A stretch of 64,000 nucleotides of DNA from Escherichia phage vB_EcoP_PW8, in sequence record PQ362703.1; one strand, given 5' to 3'. The notes beneath the pieces were generated by a model. That model ran no database searches, was not told where the DNA came from, and saw only the letters and a list, made by a program, of their open reading frames with translations. Made by a program: the position numbers and the translations under genes. Below, piece after piece: positions 36,303-48,700 of the stretch. Every line of letters starts with the position of its first letter. The first letter of the stretch is position 1.

Positions 36303-36755
36303 ATGCAAATCATTTTGAACCAGTCCGAAGTAGAAGCTGCTGTACAGGCTTATGTTGATGATCAAATCAATCTTGCTGGTGACATTAATATTGTCATCAA
36401 TGCAGATGGTACTGCCTCCGTTGGTATCAACGAAGAGGTGAGTCATGAAGATGACACTCCACCCTTGGTAGAGAAGAAAACTCGTCGTTCCCGTAAAAAC
36501 CCTCAAGAAGCTAAGCATCGTCCGGTAGAACCGGAGCCAGAAGAAGTAGTTGAAGAGGCAAAGGTAGAAGAAACCCAGACCTCTACTGGTGGTCCGAACG
36601 GGAATTCTACGCCGGAACCTGAAGAAGCAGTAGCTGAACCAGAAGCACAAGAAGAAGTTGTGCAGGAAGAGGATATGAAAGAAGACCGTGAGCTTCCTCC
36701 GGAAGAACGACCGGTAACGAAGCCTTCACTGTTCGCTGGCCTTAAACGTAGTTAA
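36303..36755 (+). CDS. acidic Glu/Pro-rich protein
   Basis: 150-aa ORF, C-terminal half dominated by E, P, V. Confidence 0.5.
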   Translation: MQIILNQSEVEAAVQAYVDDQINLAGDINIVINADGTASVGINEEVSHEDDTPPLVEKKTRRSRKNPQEAKHRPVEPEPEEVVEEAKVEETQTSTGGPNGNSTPEPEEAVAEPEAQEEVVQEEDMKEDRELPPEERPVTKPSLFAGLKRS

Positions 36756-36763
36756 TCTGGTAG

Positions 36764-36925
36764 GTGGCTCAGAAGCTGCTGCTATTTGTGGTAGTGTTCG
36801 TAATTCTGATGCTATTGCTTATCAGGATTCTGGACGTGTCGGCTCCATACATAGCATTTATCATCACTGTGCTTATACTTTGGAAACTCAGTGATAAAAA
36901 CGGTGGTGACAAGCCGCCAGAGTAA
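36764..36925 (+). CDS. possible small hydrophobic membrane peptide (53 aa)
   Basis: GTG ORF encoding LLLFVVVFVILMLLLIRIL...; below track cutoff; weak RBS. Confidence 0.25.
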   Translation: MAQKLLLFVVVFVILMLLLIRILDVSAPYIAFIITVLILWKLSDKNGGDKPPE

Positions 36926-37464
36926 CAACAACAACAACCGAACCAGTGGACTTTAATACTCTCCGAAGTCCATTGGTTCAATCTAAACTAAGCGGAAAAG
37001 TTAGCTTTTTCTTGGGTGTAGAACCTGTTGTAGAAAATAAATTATTCCGTAGTGAGTAGTTAATATCGTAAATGATTCTGTTAGAATCCTTTGAGATAGG
37101 AACTCCTATCATAACCTTTCTTAACTTAATCTTTGCCGTATGGCACTGACGCTAGGGGTGGCCCCCCATCCGTCAGGTAGACTATTTTAAGAATGGGTTA
37201 TCTCAGAAAATGTAAAGCAACATTCGGGTTAATCAATGGCCTCTCCCTATAGGGGCCATTTCTGAATCTTAGGCTATATCCCAAAGGTTAGTATCTTTGG
37301 GATAAGGCTTCAGATCCCTTATCAACTAACGCTCATGTTGAGCAAAACATTAACCAATAATGTCGGATAGTTCATTAAGCTATTCATCCAGCATCGAGAT
37401 GTTAGGTCTTACATGCAATATAGGGTATAAAGGGAGGACTCGTCCCCTCCCTCTTATTATAATG

Positions 37465-37534
37465 GTCGGGGTATCACGTAGGCATGTGTAGAAGGTCGCT
37501 ACTTCTCCCGCTGGTTCTAATCCAGCCCCCGACC
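37465..37534 (+). tRNA. tRNA-like element (atypical: short variable loop, weak D stem)
   Basis: 7-bp acceptor GTCGGGG/CCCCGAC, anticodon stem AGAAG/CTTCT with loop GTCGCTA, T arm GCTGG-TTCTAAT-CCAGC. Confidence 0.3.
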
Positions 37535-38322
37535 TACTGACATCCTATCAATGAGTACATTAAGCTAACGTGCGGAGGTTTACACTGTAGCCGGTGTAGG
37601 TGGAGAAGACGGCAGGATAGCTACCTGTGCTTAGTGTACTCTTTGATAGGTTGTGCTATCAAAGTCCAGACGATACCTGAGTGACTTTAAAAACAGATGG
37701 AGCCAGGTGGAATCCCTGGCAATTAATTCAAAGTAGCATTGTACTAATCCATCCCGGAGTTCAAAGGCCAATCATGGAGCAGTGCTACTCTGAATTAGAA
37801 GAATTAAGACGGGTCTGGTGAAGTAGATGGGGTTCGATTCCCTCCGGTAGAGTAATCTACTAGCGTGCTTGGTGCACGAATAAGACTTAATACTGGTGGT
37901 TTGATTCCATCCCCCGTCATCCGAAGTCGCCAGGTACTTATGGCAAACGGGTAGTAACGAACTGGTCATTCGTCAAACGCCCACCTAATTACGAGTCAGC
38001 AAGAACGCCTTCACTTAAACTTAAACAAAAAAGCTTAACGCAATAATTATGTAGGGGTATGTAAGGATTGCGAAGAAGGAGCCAGTTAAAGCCTGGCATG
38101 ACTCACCTAATTGAGGCTGTACTTATGTTCTACAGTAGGTGCACAACACTGGGCTGCTACACCCAGAGGTACAGCCTCACCCTATTACGGGCAATTTAGC
38201 TTAACCTAGTTAAGTAGGTATCATGATTCATTGCTGTAAAATGAGGCTCTTATCAAGCCTCTTCAGACACAGAATCAAGTAAGCTAATGTTGTGGGTATC
38301 TCACAACATGCCCTCCCAATAA

Positions 38323-38398
38323 TACCCGGTAGGCTTAGTGGTAAAGCCCCACTAGTAAACCAGCTAGGACGCAGGTTCGAATCCTGTCCGGGTAACCA
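38323..38398 (+). tRNA. tRNA-like gene with encoded CCA; anticodon arm atypical
   Basis: Acceptor TACCCGG/CCGGGTA, D arm GGCT-TAGTGGTAA-AGCC, T arm GCAGG-TTCGAAT-CCTGT, 3' ACCA; anticodon region folds only as a 4-bp stem with an 8-nt loop. Confidence 0.45.
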
Positions 38399-38403
38399 TT
38401 TAT

Positions 38404-38477
38404 GCCCACTTAGCTTAGACGGGGAAAGCAACCGACTAATAATCGGAAGGTCACTGGTTCAAATCCAGTAGTGGGTA
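38404..38477 (+). tRNA. tRNA gene, apparent anticodon AAU (unusual; assignment uncertain)
   Basis: Acceptor GCCCACT/AGTGGGT, D arm GCTT-AGACGGGGA-AAGC, anticodon stem (A)CCGA/TCGG(A) with loop CTAATAA, T arm ACTGG-TTCAAAT-CCAGT. Confidence 0.5.
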
Positions 38478-38714
38478 CTCATTTAGCAGTAACATAGTCC
38501 TGATTGCATTGCACTCTAAAGACAACACTGGTAAGACAGTCCAGTGGCTGCTATTGTATTGATATTCCCCTCGACGGGAATTTCGCTAGTGAAGGTAACA
38601 CTTAAAAATCCAAACCCACGTCTTACTACTATCGGGCTATCAACCCATGGTCGCTTAACACACTAGTGATAGTAGTTTGACGGACTAGCCTCGTTAGCTG
38701 CGTTAAAGCTACTA

Positions 38715-38744
38715 AGTCCCTCTTCGGAGGGACTTTTTTATTTG
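38715..38744 (+). terminator. rho-independent terminator (TTCG tetraloop)
   Basis: AGTCCCTC-TTCG-GAGGGACT followed by TTTTTTATTT. Confidence 0.7.
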
Positions 38745-38803
38745 AGTATTAATAAACGCAATCATGTTTAAGTACAAACTCAAACCACTCTATGAGGCTA
38801 ATA

Positions 38804-39184
38804 ATGGCAACAGTAAGTAAAGAAGCAATCGAAGCTAAGATTAAGAGCGTTTACTATTTCAATGGTGCTGACGCAGTGAAATCTGCATTCGTTGACCCCT
38901 CTGCACTTCCAGCAGATGATTTGGCTAACCTGGGTCTGACAACCCATTGCATTATCATTCTGGAAAACGACTTCAAAGTGGAAGGTGTATCTGCCTGTGT
39001 TGACCCGGCTATCTATGATGAACAGAAAGGCCGTCAATATGCATATGAAAATGCATTCAATAAGATTTGGGAATTAGAAGGTTACCTGCTACGTCAGGCA
39101 CTGCATGAGAAAGAAGAGACTGCTAAAGCTCTGGCTTCCTTTGCAGAAAACAATACCTGTGACGGTGGTGGTTGTACAATCTGA
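38804..39184 (+). CDS. hypothetical protein
   Basis: Track ORF 38792 trimmed to ATG Met5 with GAGG RBS. Confidence 0.5.
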   Translation: MATVSKEAIEAKIKSVYYFNGADAVKSAFVDPSALPADDLANLGLTTHCIIILENDFKVEGVSACVDPAIYDEQKGRQYAYENAFNKIWELEGYLLRQALHEKEETAKALASFAENNTCDGGGCTI

Positions 39185-39264
39185 TCCAAAGGTGTAAGGT
39201 AGTTTTTACCGAAAGGTACTGAACTACCCGACAAGTAGCAAGGCTCTATAAGCCAAAACAAAAC

Positions 39265-39293
39265 AAGCCCTCACTAGGAGGGCTTTCTCGTTT
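39265..39293 (+). terminator. rho-independent terminator
   Basis: AAGCCCTC-ACTAG-GAGGGCTT followed by TCTCGTTT. Confidence 0.55.
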
Positions 39294-39308
39294 ATATAGG
39301 AAAATAAC

Positions 39309-39542
39309 ATGACACAAGTATCTATTACCTCTGTTGTTCGTGAGGCCATTCTCAACAATACTGTTCGTACATATTCATTCGATGAAATCTCAGAAAAACT
39401 GGGAGTAACTCGTTACATAGCTAAGAAGCTTTACTTCTCATTCCTGTGGTTCCCATCAGAGGAAACATTACGGAAGATTAAAGAGACTGGCAAATTTCCA
39501 AGTGAAGGGCGTAAGCCTAAGATGTGGAGAACACATGACTAA
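39309..39542 (+). CDS. small HTH-like DNA-binding protein
   Basis: 77-aa ORF; SFDEISEKLGVTRYIAKKL helix-turn-helix-like segment. Confidence 0.45.
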   Translation: MTQVSITSVVREAILNNTVRTYSFDEISEKLGVTRYIAKKLYFSFLWFPSEETLRKIKETGKFPSEGRKPKMWRTHD

Positions 39543-39741
39543 ATCATTTGCAGCACACCAACTTCGTGTATTAGATGAACTGGGCGCACTGAATCAAAAA
39601 ATACATGACCTATCCGTATTTATTAATACAAATGAAACATTTACCAAACTGGACCAGTTTGACCAGGCATTACTACGCACACAATTAGATACTATGTCTG
39701 CGTATGCTCGCGTACTTGAATTGAGAATTTCACGCTTCTAA
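39535..39741 (+). CDS. hypothetical protein
   Basis: Track ORF 39502 trimmed to ATG Met12 with GGAG RBS. Confidence 0.45.
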   Translation: MTKSFAAHQLRVLDELGALNQKIHDLSVFINTNETFTKLDQFDQALLRTQLDTMSAYARVLELRISRF

Positions 39742-39746
39742 AGTAA

Positions 39747-39770
39747 AGCCCCTCATTAGAGGGGCTTTTT
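39747..39770. terminator. bidirectional terminator between convergent genes
   Basis: AAGCCCCTC-ATTA-GAGGGGCTT with T-run after it on plus and A-run before it, between the 39535 gene end and the virion RNAP gene end. Confidence 0.7.
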
Positions 39771-39773
39771 CAT

Positions 39774-42700
39774 TTAGTTAGTAAGGTTGAGCCACGGGTT
39801 CAAGGTATGGGCACGTAAGCCTTGTCCGAAACCGAAGGAGTAACCAAGGTTACCCTGTGCAGCAATGCTGAAGATGTTGTCCTGAATAGGCAGACCAACA
39901 TTACCAAACATAGTAGGAGTTGGAGCCAGCATAGCCATAGCAGCATGTACTGGGTTATTACGAATCATGGACACTGCAACTTTTGCAGAACGAATCTTAA
40001 AGTTGTAGAACCACATCAGACCAACACTTTCCATATACCCACGGAATCGACCCGGCAGACGGTCGTAGTTAATAAACTCTTCCGTTACACGTCCCAGTGC
40101 TTCTTCACGAGTCTTACCTTTACGCTGAGTCAGTTCATCATAGATGATTGCTTTAGCAATAAAATCAGAGTACTCAACCGTCTTCTGGATACCCTGGAAG
40201 AGAGCAGTATCCTTAGTGATAAGTGCATAACGACCTGCATTACGTACAGACTTAGGTAACTTATCAGCCAGCTTTTCCATGTATTCGTGAAGTTTACCTT
40301 CAGTAATCAGGATGTCATCGCGACCAATACCAGCATCTGCAATTGAAGAGAACTCACCAGCTTCTAACAGAGGCCAGATACTCAAACGCTTATGGCTATC
40401 CGTAATGGACTGAATCTCTGCTTTCAGCTTACGAATCTGGTTCGGGTTAGTAGCTGCACGTAATTCTGCTTCTGCATCTACCTGACGCAGACGAGATTTC
40501 AGATACTGGTTAATCTCAGCAGTTTTCTGTGGAATGCTCTTAGCAATGTTCTTAACAGGTACACCACGAGCAACCATCTGGTAAAGGTTAGCCAGGAAGT
40601 TAACAGCAGGTACAACTACCGACTTAACTACAATCAGGGTCTTAGCTTCTTTAACTAAGTTCTGAACCAGATTCTCACCACCCATTACGTACTTATAAGC
40701 ACGGTTACCGAATACACCCAGCATAGCTTTCTTAAAGGTATCCAGTGTTTCTGGGGACCAACGAGAATTGCCAGACCAAGCATCACCAACAGAAGCTGCA
40801 CGGTAACCCAGTGCATCATTCAGCATGTCACGACGTACCCATAACTCACCCGGACCAAACAGACTTTCTGCTTTCTGACGAGTTTCACTGTTCATCAGCT
40901 TAAGAGCATCAGCAGTCACTGGGTCCAGTTTAGAACCAAGAAGGTTAACGTACTGGGACTTATTAGAGGCAGACATCTTAAGGTCGTTCTCATACATGCT
41001 ATGCAGGTTCTCAATCAGCATATCATTGAAACGTTGTGCCTTAGCTTCTTCCACCTGACGTCCACGCCATACACCAATTGCACGAGCAAGATGGTTCTCA
41101 CCCTCAATATGCTTCAGCATGTTAGGGTCAATGGATTGCTCATAAGCAACTACATTACCATTGGCATCATATACAGGCAGCAGTGGTTCATTACCACGTT
41201 CACCTCGAGCCAGTGCTTTAGTGATACGGTCTACGGAAGGCTTGTCAGTAATACGACCAGCTACCATGGTCCCCATCGTAAAGCCTGTGCCGAGGTCTAC
41301 ACCACCAGCAGTATTACGGACGTTCTGTAGGATACCTTGTGAGAATGGGGCCTGTGCCTGTACCGGTGCAAAGTAGTAACTACGTGCTGGGCCACGGTTA
41401 GCAGAACTACCCTGATAAGTACCCAGGCGTACATAGGATTTCTCAATCAAATCAGCAAACTGACTATCTTCAGCAACAATCAGGTTAACACCTTGTTTAG
41501 TCTCACTAGGGATATACCCTTTGTACTGGTTCAAGGTTGCACGGCTATCAGACTTGGCTTTAGCCATTTCATCCTTACGCTGACCAACCAGGTAAGAGGT
41601 AGCAAAGTCCATGCCTTCAATTTCAGTCTGAGCCAGTGAAGATAGCATCTCACGGTCAGTCTTACCCATTGCTTCCAGTGCATACAGGGTAATCAGTTTA
41701 TCCAGTTGAGCTACATCTACAACAGAACGTGTAGTCTTACGTTCACCCAGCAATCGAGAAATTGCTGTAGCATTACGCAGCAGGTTATTACCGACTGTAC
41801 CGTTAATCATGTACTGAGCCAGTTGCTTAGATTTACGACTAATCAGGGGCCAGTTACGTCCTGCTTGCTTCTGCAAATCTGCTTCCAGCTTATTCACTTC
41901 ACGATCAACAATCTTCTGGTCAGTCAGTAGGTCACGAATTTCACCTAAAGACATAGTGTCACGTAGAACGGCTAGGTCAGTTTTACCCATACCGGTATGC
42001 ATTGCTTTCCACTCTTCATTAGTCAGTCTACGACTGAACTTAGATGCGATAGCGGTAGGCAAATGCTCACGGAACTGCTGACGGTCAGCTTGTACCTGTG
42101 CGCGTACTGCCTTAATCAAATCGTATACAGAAGCATTGCTCTTAGTACGACCAACTATGTCATTAACCAGGTCGTGGAAAGGTTGCCATACCTTACCCTG
42201 GTTCATTGCAGCCATAACACCCTCGGCTACGATTGAACCATTCTTCTCTGTAGCAATAGCAGCTACCAGTTGTGCAGCATGAGCAGCACCTTTAACCAAT
42301 GGGTTCTTGGTATTAGCTGCAACTTCACGAGCACCTTCTAAAGCACGGGTAGACAATACATCAATAGAATCCACCAGATACTGATTAGCACGGTCAATAG
42401 CATTACCGGTAGGGGTAGCAACAGAATCATAGAAGGACTCTGCATTAAGACTGGTCTGCATAATTGTCTGAGCTAATGCATCCATACCTTCCTGTACGTT
42501 GGTAGCTTTAGTGTCACCTGCTACACGAGCATTCAGACTAGCCATTGCAGCAGTACCGATGTTAGTCAGCATTGCGTCAACAGTATTGCCTGATTTCTTA
42601 TCTGCTTTCATAACAGGAATTTCAGCCAGTACCTTACGTACCTCTTCACTTACCATTGCCAGACCAACAAAGGTAGGCAGTAAGGAAGAACGACCTTGTG

Positions 42701-45700
42701 CATCAAACTCAATGTTGTTAGCACCCATGATGGTATCGAACTTCTGCTGTGCATAGTAACGGTCAGCAGGGTTAGTACTATCCGGGTTAGCCATGAATGA
42801 TTCAACAGTCAGGTTCTTAGTAACATGCGTGTAGTATTCCTGTGCACGAGCCATAGCAGCAGGGTTAACAGCAGCCTCGGTAGCCAGTGCAGCAACAATA
42901 TTGGTAAAGAGACGCTGTTCCTGCATATTCATGGTGAAGCCATGAGCCTGAACATCACGGGTTACTTTAGTTGCATTTACTACTGCATCAGAGAACTTAC
43001 CTTTACGAATTACTTGCTGTACTGGTTCTGAACCAATGTAGTCAGTAATCAGCTTATCAAATGTTTTCCCTAACTCTTCCAGACGGGTATTGTCACCATA
43101 TGCCTTGTTATGGAACAGGGTAGTGTCTTTGGCTACAGCAGCAGTAGGAGCCTGTCCACGCATTACTACAGCAGAGTTAAACAGTAAGCCTGAGAACATA
43201 TCATCTGCATTAGCAGGAGCTTTCTTACGTCCAAATACCAGACGTTTGATTGCTTCATATACAGCCTGAACCATAGTTTTAAGTGCAGTGGTTTTCTTCT
43301 GCTTATTAATAAGTTCACGGTTAGTTAAACCCCAAGCCATGTACTCATTCAGAGCAGCAGCTTTAGCCATCGCCGGTTCAATGAAGCCATTAGACAGGTG
43401 TCCATTAATGGTATTCAGTGCATCTGCATATGCTTCACGTACTGCCGGAGATTCATCCTTAACATCCAGAGCACGGAACTGGTTCATCAAATCTTCAATG
43501 TTCTGAACTGCTTCATTAGGAGTACCTTCATAGTGAGCCAGTACAGATTCAAAAGTAGAAGCGTGTACCAATTCATGAACCAGAGTTTCTAAGGAAGGAG
43601 TAACTAAGTAGATGGTCTTATCTTCAAAGTTAGTCCAGCCGTATGCATTACCTGCTTCAGCAGCTTCAATATCTTCTGGTGCTGGACGAGCAATGTTCTT
43701 CTCAATAGCGTAGGCATCCAGTTGAGAAGGCGTACCGTAAACAACCTTATAGTCTTTAGCAGCAAGGGATTTCTGTATCTCTTTCAATACTGCTTGCTGT
43801 TCAGGAGACATCTCTTTAGCTAGTTTAGCAATGGCAGTATTAGACAGCAGACGTACACCAGACTTCAGTACATGACCAACCAATTCTATTGCTGGTACTT
43901 CTTTCACTGGTTCTGCTTTAGCAGCACGTACTGCATCACGACGCTTGTTTAATTCAGCATCAAACAGTTCGTTCAGCTTAGCTACTTGCTGGTCTACGGT
44001 AAGCCCTTCCAGAGAGATTTTACCGTTGTTCACGTAAGGAGCACCTACGGCAGCCATCTGGTCAACAGTGACCTGTACCTGGTCCATTACCTTGTGACGA
44101 ATATCTACACCCAGAGCAATGTTACGCAGATTACGTTCAATCTGTTCAGCACCAACACGTAACAGGTCATCAGTAGCACCCTCACGCTGGTCATATTCCA
44201 GAGCAGACTTAGCAATAGCCTGTTTAGTTTCATCAGACAGTTTACTGAAGTCTACGTTCTTCATGAACTTAGCGAAGGAGTCATAAACATTCTTGATAGG
44301 GTTTCCTTGCCAAGAAGTATATACAGCCTCATTAGCTTTACGACTTGCATCAGTGATGTCATTGATACCAATGTTCATACCGTCAAAGATTTTCAGGGTA
44401 TTCTTCGGAGCACCCTTCATAGTAGAAAGAGTCTGCATCATCATGCCATCACCAGTACCGATGGTCATAAATGGAATACCTGCAACACCTGCCTGTGAAG
44501 GAGCATAGATGCTCATTGGCACACGCATACGATCATCTAAGTTGGTAGCCAATACTTGGTTAGCAACATCAGTATTCTCACTACCAGCAATGTAGAAAGT
44601 CTGTGAACCAGTCTCAATCATTGGAGCCAGTGGAGCTAAGCTATTCTGGATTTCATTCAGTTCTTTCTGTGTTAAGAAATCACCTTTCTTCCATGTTGGG
44701 TCTTTTTCTTTTTCTGCCAGCTTAGCCTGTACTGCTTGTTGAAACATATCCTGCAATACCAGTGATTGAATCTGAGTAGCCTTCTGCAAATTCTCAGTAG
44801 AGTACATCAGACCTTCGCCAACAGTATTTCGGATACCAGTACGCATTGGCTCAACGAATAAGTGAAGCATGTTCTCTTGTAAGTTCTTAAGAGCATTACC
44901 AGATACGGTAAACTTCTGGGGATCTAGCTTACCAGTCAAAGCACCATCTACTTGTTGAATAGATAACTCACCTTTACGCATAACTGGAACATTACCAGTC
45001 AGTGCTTCCATAGAAGTAAGGAAAGTATCCAGCATAGCCTGAGCAGCAGCCTCAGATGCAGCCTCCTTACCAAACATTGCCATAGCTGGGGAAATGCTAG
45101 GGTCAGCAGCACGGGCTTGCAGAACGTCACTGAAGCGTTCGTAGATGGTATCAGTAATTGCACTTACCATTTTGCCTGCAATACCACGAGCACCGGAACC
45201 ATAGATGGTAATGGTCAGTGGGTTTTTAGCTATACCACGTTTCAGGTCCAGAGTACCATCTTCATTCAGATTAAAGTCTTTAATGAACAGGTCCATTAAC
45301 TTCTGGAGATGCTTCATCTGGTTCGTAACAGGAACGTTGTTACGGTAAGTATTACGTAGCTCATTCAGTGCCTGTTGCAGACCATTAGTGGATGCTTCAT
45401 ACAAGTCAACACTATCCTCATGCGAATGATGCTCATTCATAGTCTTGCCAGCTTTACCGAAGAACAAGCCACCCTTAGCAGTATTCTTAATCCAGTCTGG
45501 GGTGAACTTACCACCAGTCATTAATACCATTGCGTTGATTGGACCGTTGGTTACACCATCAGCTTCAACGTACAGCGGAGTATTAAAATTGGTACGGTCA
45601 TCACTGTTAAGATAACGGGCATATTCCATAAGAGCCATGAGAGCTACGAATGATTTATCACTACCCAGAGAAGTCTTCAGAATATCCACTGCATTGGTTG

Positions 45701-48700
45701 GTAAGTGTCCAGACTTATCAAACTCAACCATCATATCAACAGCAGGTTTCAGTTTGCCTTCCAGGGCTTTAGTCAGCTCATCTGACATAACTTCACGAGA
45801 CATTTTATGAACTTTGATGCCTAATGCTTGAGCCAGACCTAACTGGAAGTCAGAGAAGGTTTGGCTGTTTTCATTACTCAAGTCGATAGTAGAGAAGGTT
45901 GGTAGGATTGCTTCACGTACCAGCTTGCTGGACTGTGGATTGTTCTTACCAAGCATCTGCATACGACCTACACGGGTCATGTTGTAACCATAGTGAATAG
46001 GTGTATCCAGTCCATTCTCTTGTTCCTTAATCTGATTGATTACACCAAACAAGGAATCATATGCCATAGAAACGGATAGGTTTTTACCTTCCAGAGATTT
46101 AGCAGTATTCACATTCAGCAATTCTGGGTTAAGAGCACCAGCACCCATCAGTTCAAGAATGTTGTCACGACCCAATGCCTCATAGAAATTAACCATCGGC
46201 ATATGTACACGGAACTCAGTAGCCTGTTCAGCTTTAAGAGCAGCTTTCTGTTCCGGGGTATTGCGGACAGCCGGGTTACGTAACTGAGTTTGAGCCACAG
46301 AAGGAATATCATCACCCAGATACAGTTTCTCTTCTGGTTCTAAAAGGACAGCTTCCTCAATAGCAGTGGGGAATTTATTAATGGCATCATTATCATCCAG
46401 CTTCTCAATGGTATACAGACCAATAGTCTTATTAGATTCTGGGTCAATCTCAGATACATCCAGCATGGACTCTTTAACTTCACCCATCTCAATAAGGGAA
46501 GACAGAATCTCTGTAGCCATTGCCATTGGGATACCCTTGGTATAGCCCAGTGGTGCATTAGGATTACGATTCAAACCCCAATAGGATTCAATCTTTTGAG
46601 CCAGTGAGTTAGTAGCCTCAACCAGAGTCTGAGCATTCTCGAAGTCAGCCAGAATACCTTCTGGTAACAGAGATGCTTCTACTCCAGTAATAGCAGCTAC
46701 GTCTTTCATATCTTTAACAGCAGCATTCTGTGTAGCAGTTAGTCGCCATTGCAAACCAGCAAGTACAGCAGTCTCTAGCAACTGGTCATTGAACTTAAAG
46801 GTGTCACCATCTTTCTCTACGATGTTAAGTAATTTACCACCTACCCAACGGTTAGCCTCAGTTCCTTCTGCAAAACGTTTACCAACATTCTTGTTAGCAA
46901 GGAACTTAGCCAGACGGTCAGACAGTGTAGTCTTCAGAGTTTCACCAAAAGCAAACAAATCCTGGTAACGCTTAATCACATCACCTGTAAGAGCGTTATT
47001 TTCTTTTTGAGTAAATGCTTCAAAACGAGCAGCAGAAGATAATGCTTTCTTAACATCAGTCAAAGGAGATTCAGAACCAATGGTACGGGACTTAGGTTCC
47101 TCTGGCAGAGAAAATGCTTTAAGGAACTGGTTCGGTGTTTTGTCATTGTTATAGACATGGAACACTGCTTCCATTTCTGTTTTAGTTTCAGCTATTTCCT
47201 GAGTGTTATCCTCATTAGTGAGGGTAACATCCTGTTTTTCAGACTGGTTCTCAGGTTCTTTTACAGCCTGTGGTTTAGACTCTTTAATAGTAGGTTCTGT
47301 TTTAACAGCTTCACTAACAGAGGGTTTAGTCTGTACAGTAGGGGTAACTGGTTCCTGTTTTGTAACAGGAGTATCATCAACCTGATTCACTGGTTCATTA
47401 GTCTGTTGGGATTGAGCAGCGTCAAGATTGCCCTGACGGAACTCTTTAACTACCTGAGCAGCAGGTTTGTTCAGACGTGAATCCAATGGGATAACTTTCA
47501 CATGAGAAACATTAAGCTCCGGGTAAGCCGTAGCAAGTGCGTTAGCAATATCAGCTACGGTCTTGGCTTCCAGTCCTACTTGCTGGGCAAACTTAACCGA
47601 CTTGGTATCATACGGATTGACACCGAGGCCAGTACGACTACGTACCCATTCACGCGAGGAAGTAAGAGCCTGATAATGGACAGACTTATTCTTATCCGCA
47701 TTCCCCGAAATCAGATGCTCATTCAACGCTCCGACCTTATTCTGCATGTGCTGGGCGAACTTCATAAAGTCGTCGAGATAAGCGGAAGCCAAATCGAAGT
47801 TACCAGAGTTGTACGCAGAACGAATGCGTTTAGCATGTTGCAACGCAGAGTACTGGCCTTCATTAGAACGAGATTCGTCGGTTTTAATTTGTTTACTAAC
47901 AATGTCTTGAGGACGTAAGCCTAGTTCTTCTGCTTTAGCGTCAAACTCTCGTGCTCCTTGCAATAAAGCAGCAGCAGATTGCAGGGCAGCACGCTGACGA
48001 TTCCCAAGTGTAATCTTACCTTCACTTGCATGTTTCAGAACCATGTTCACTGAATCTGCATCCAGTACTTCTGGAGACATGTCAGCAGCCATGGCAATGC
48101 TGTTTGCCTGAGCTTGATTAGCTTCTTCAGTAGCTTTCAGTTTACCTGCTTCAGCCTGTTCCTGAATCATGGAATGAATAGCACGGAATGCACGGAGTAC
48201 CTTCGGTGTATTCTGAACGTTAGCCATCAGACCGGAGAACTGGTCAACAATATTAGCAGCAGGAGAACCTTGTTCCAGATTAGCTAATGCACCAGGGTCA
48301 CGGTTAATGAAGCTATCCATAGACATGATGTTGTCATACATCTGGATTGCAGCTTCCATTTGAACGTTAGGGTCTTCAGCAGTATTAACCAGGTCAGCCA
48401 TCTTCTGAATAGCTTCAACACGGTTAGTGGAACCAGAAACAGCTTCACGGATTGCTGGACTAGCTTGCTCCAGTTCTACTGGGTCAAACTTCATTACCTG
48501 AGTTAAATCAGCAGCGTACTGGGTAGCAGCAGCTTTCTCTTCTGGAGTAATATCCATTGCATCTACTGCTTCCTGTACAGTTGCTTGTGCTTGTTCTGCT
48601 TGAGCAGTAGCTTCCTGTGCAGCAGCATTAACTGTAGCGTCTGATACAGGAGATGCTTGTTCATTACGCTTAGCAACTTCTTCACCACGCTGAACCAGAA

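Noticed and set aside
37820-37915. T-loop-like motifs GGGGTTCGATTCCC (about 37828) and GGTGGTTTGATTCCATC (about 37896) as additional tRNAs
   Set aside because: I could not find matching 7-bp acceptor stems at tRNA-appropriate distances; left as unexplained tRNA-like fragments within the structured region
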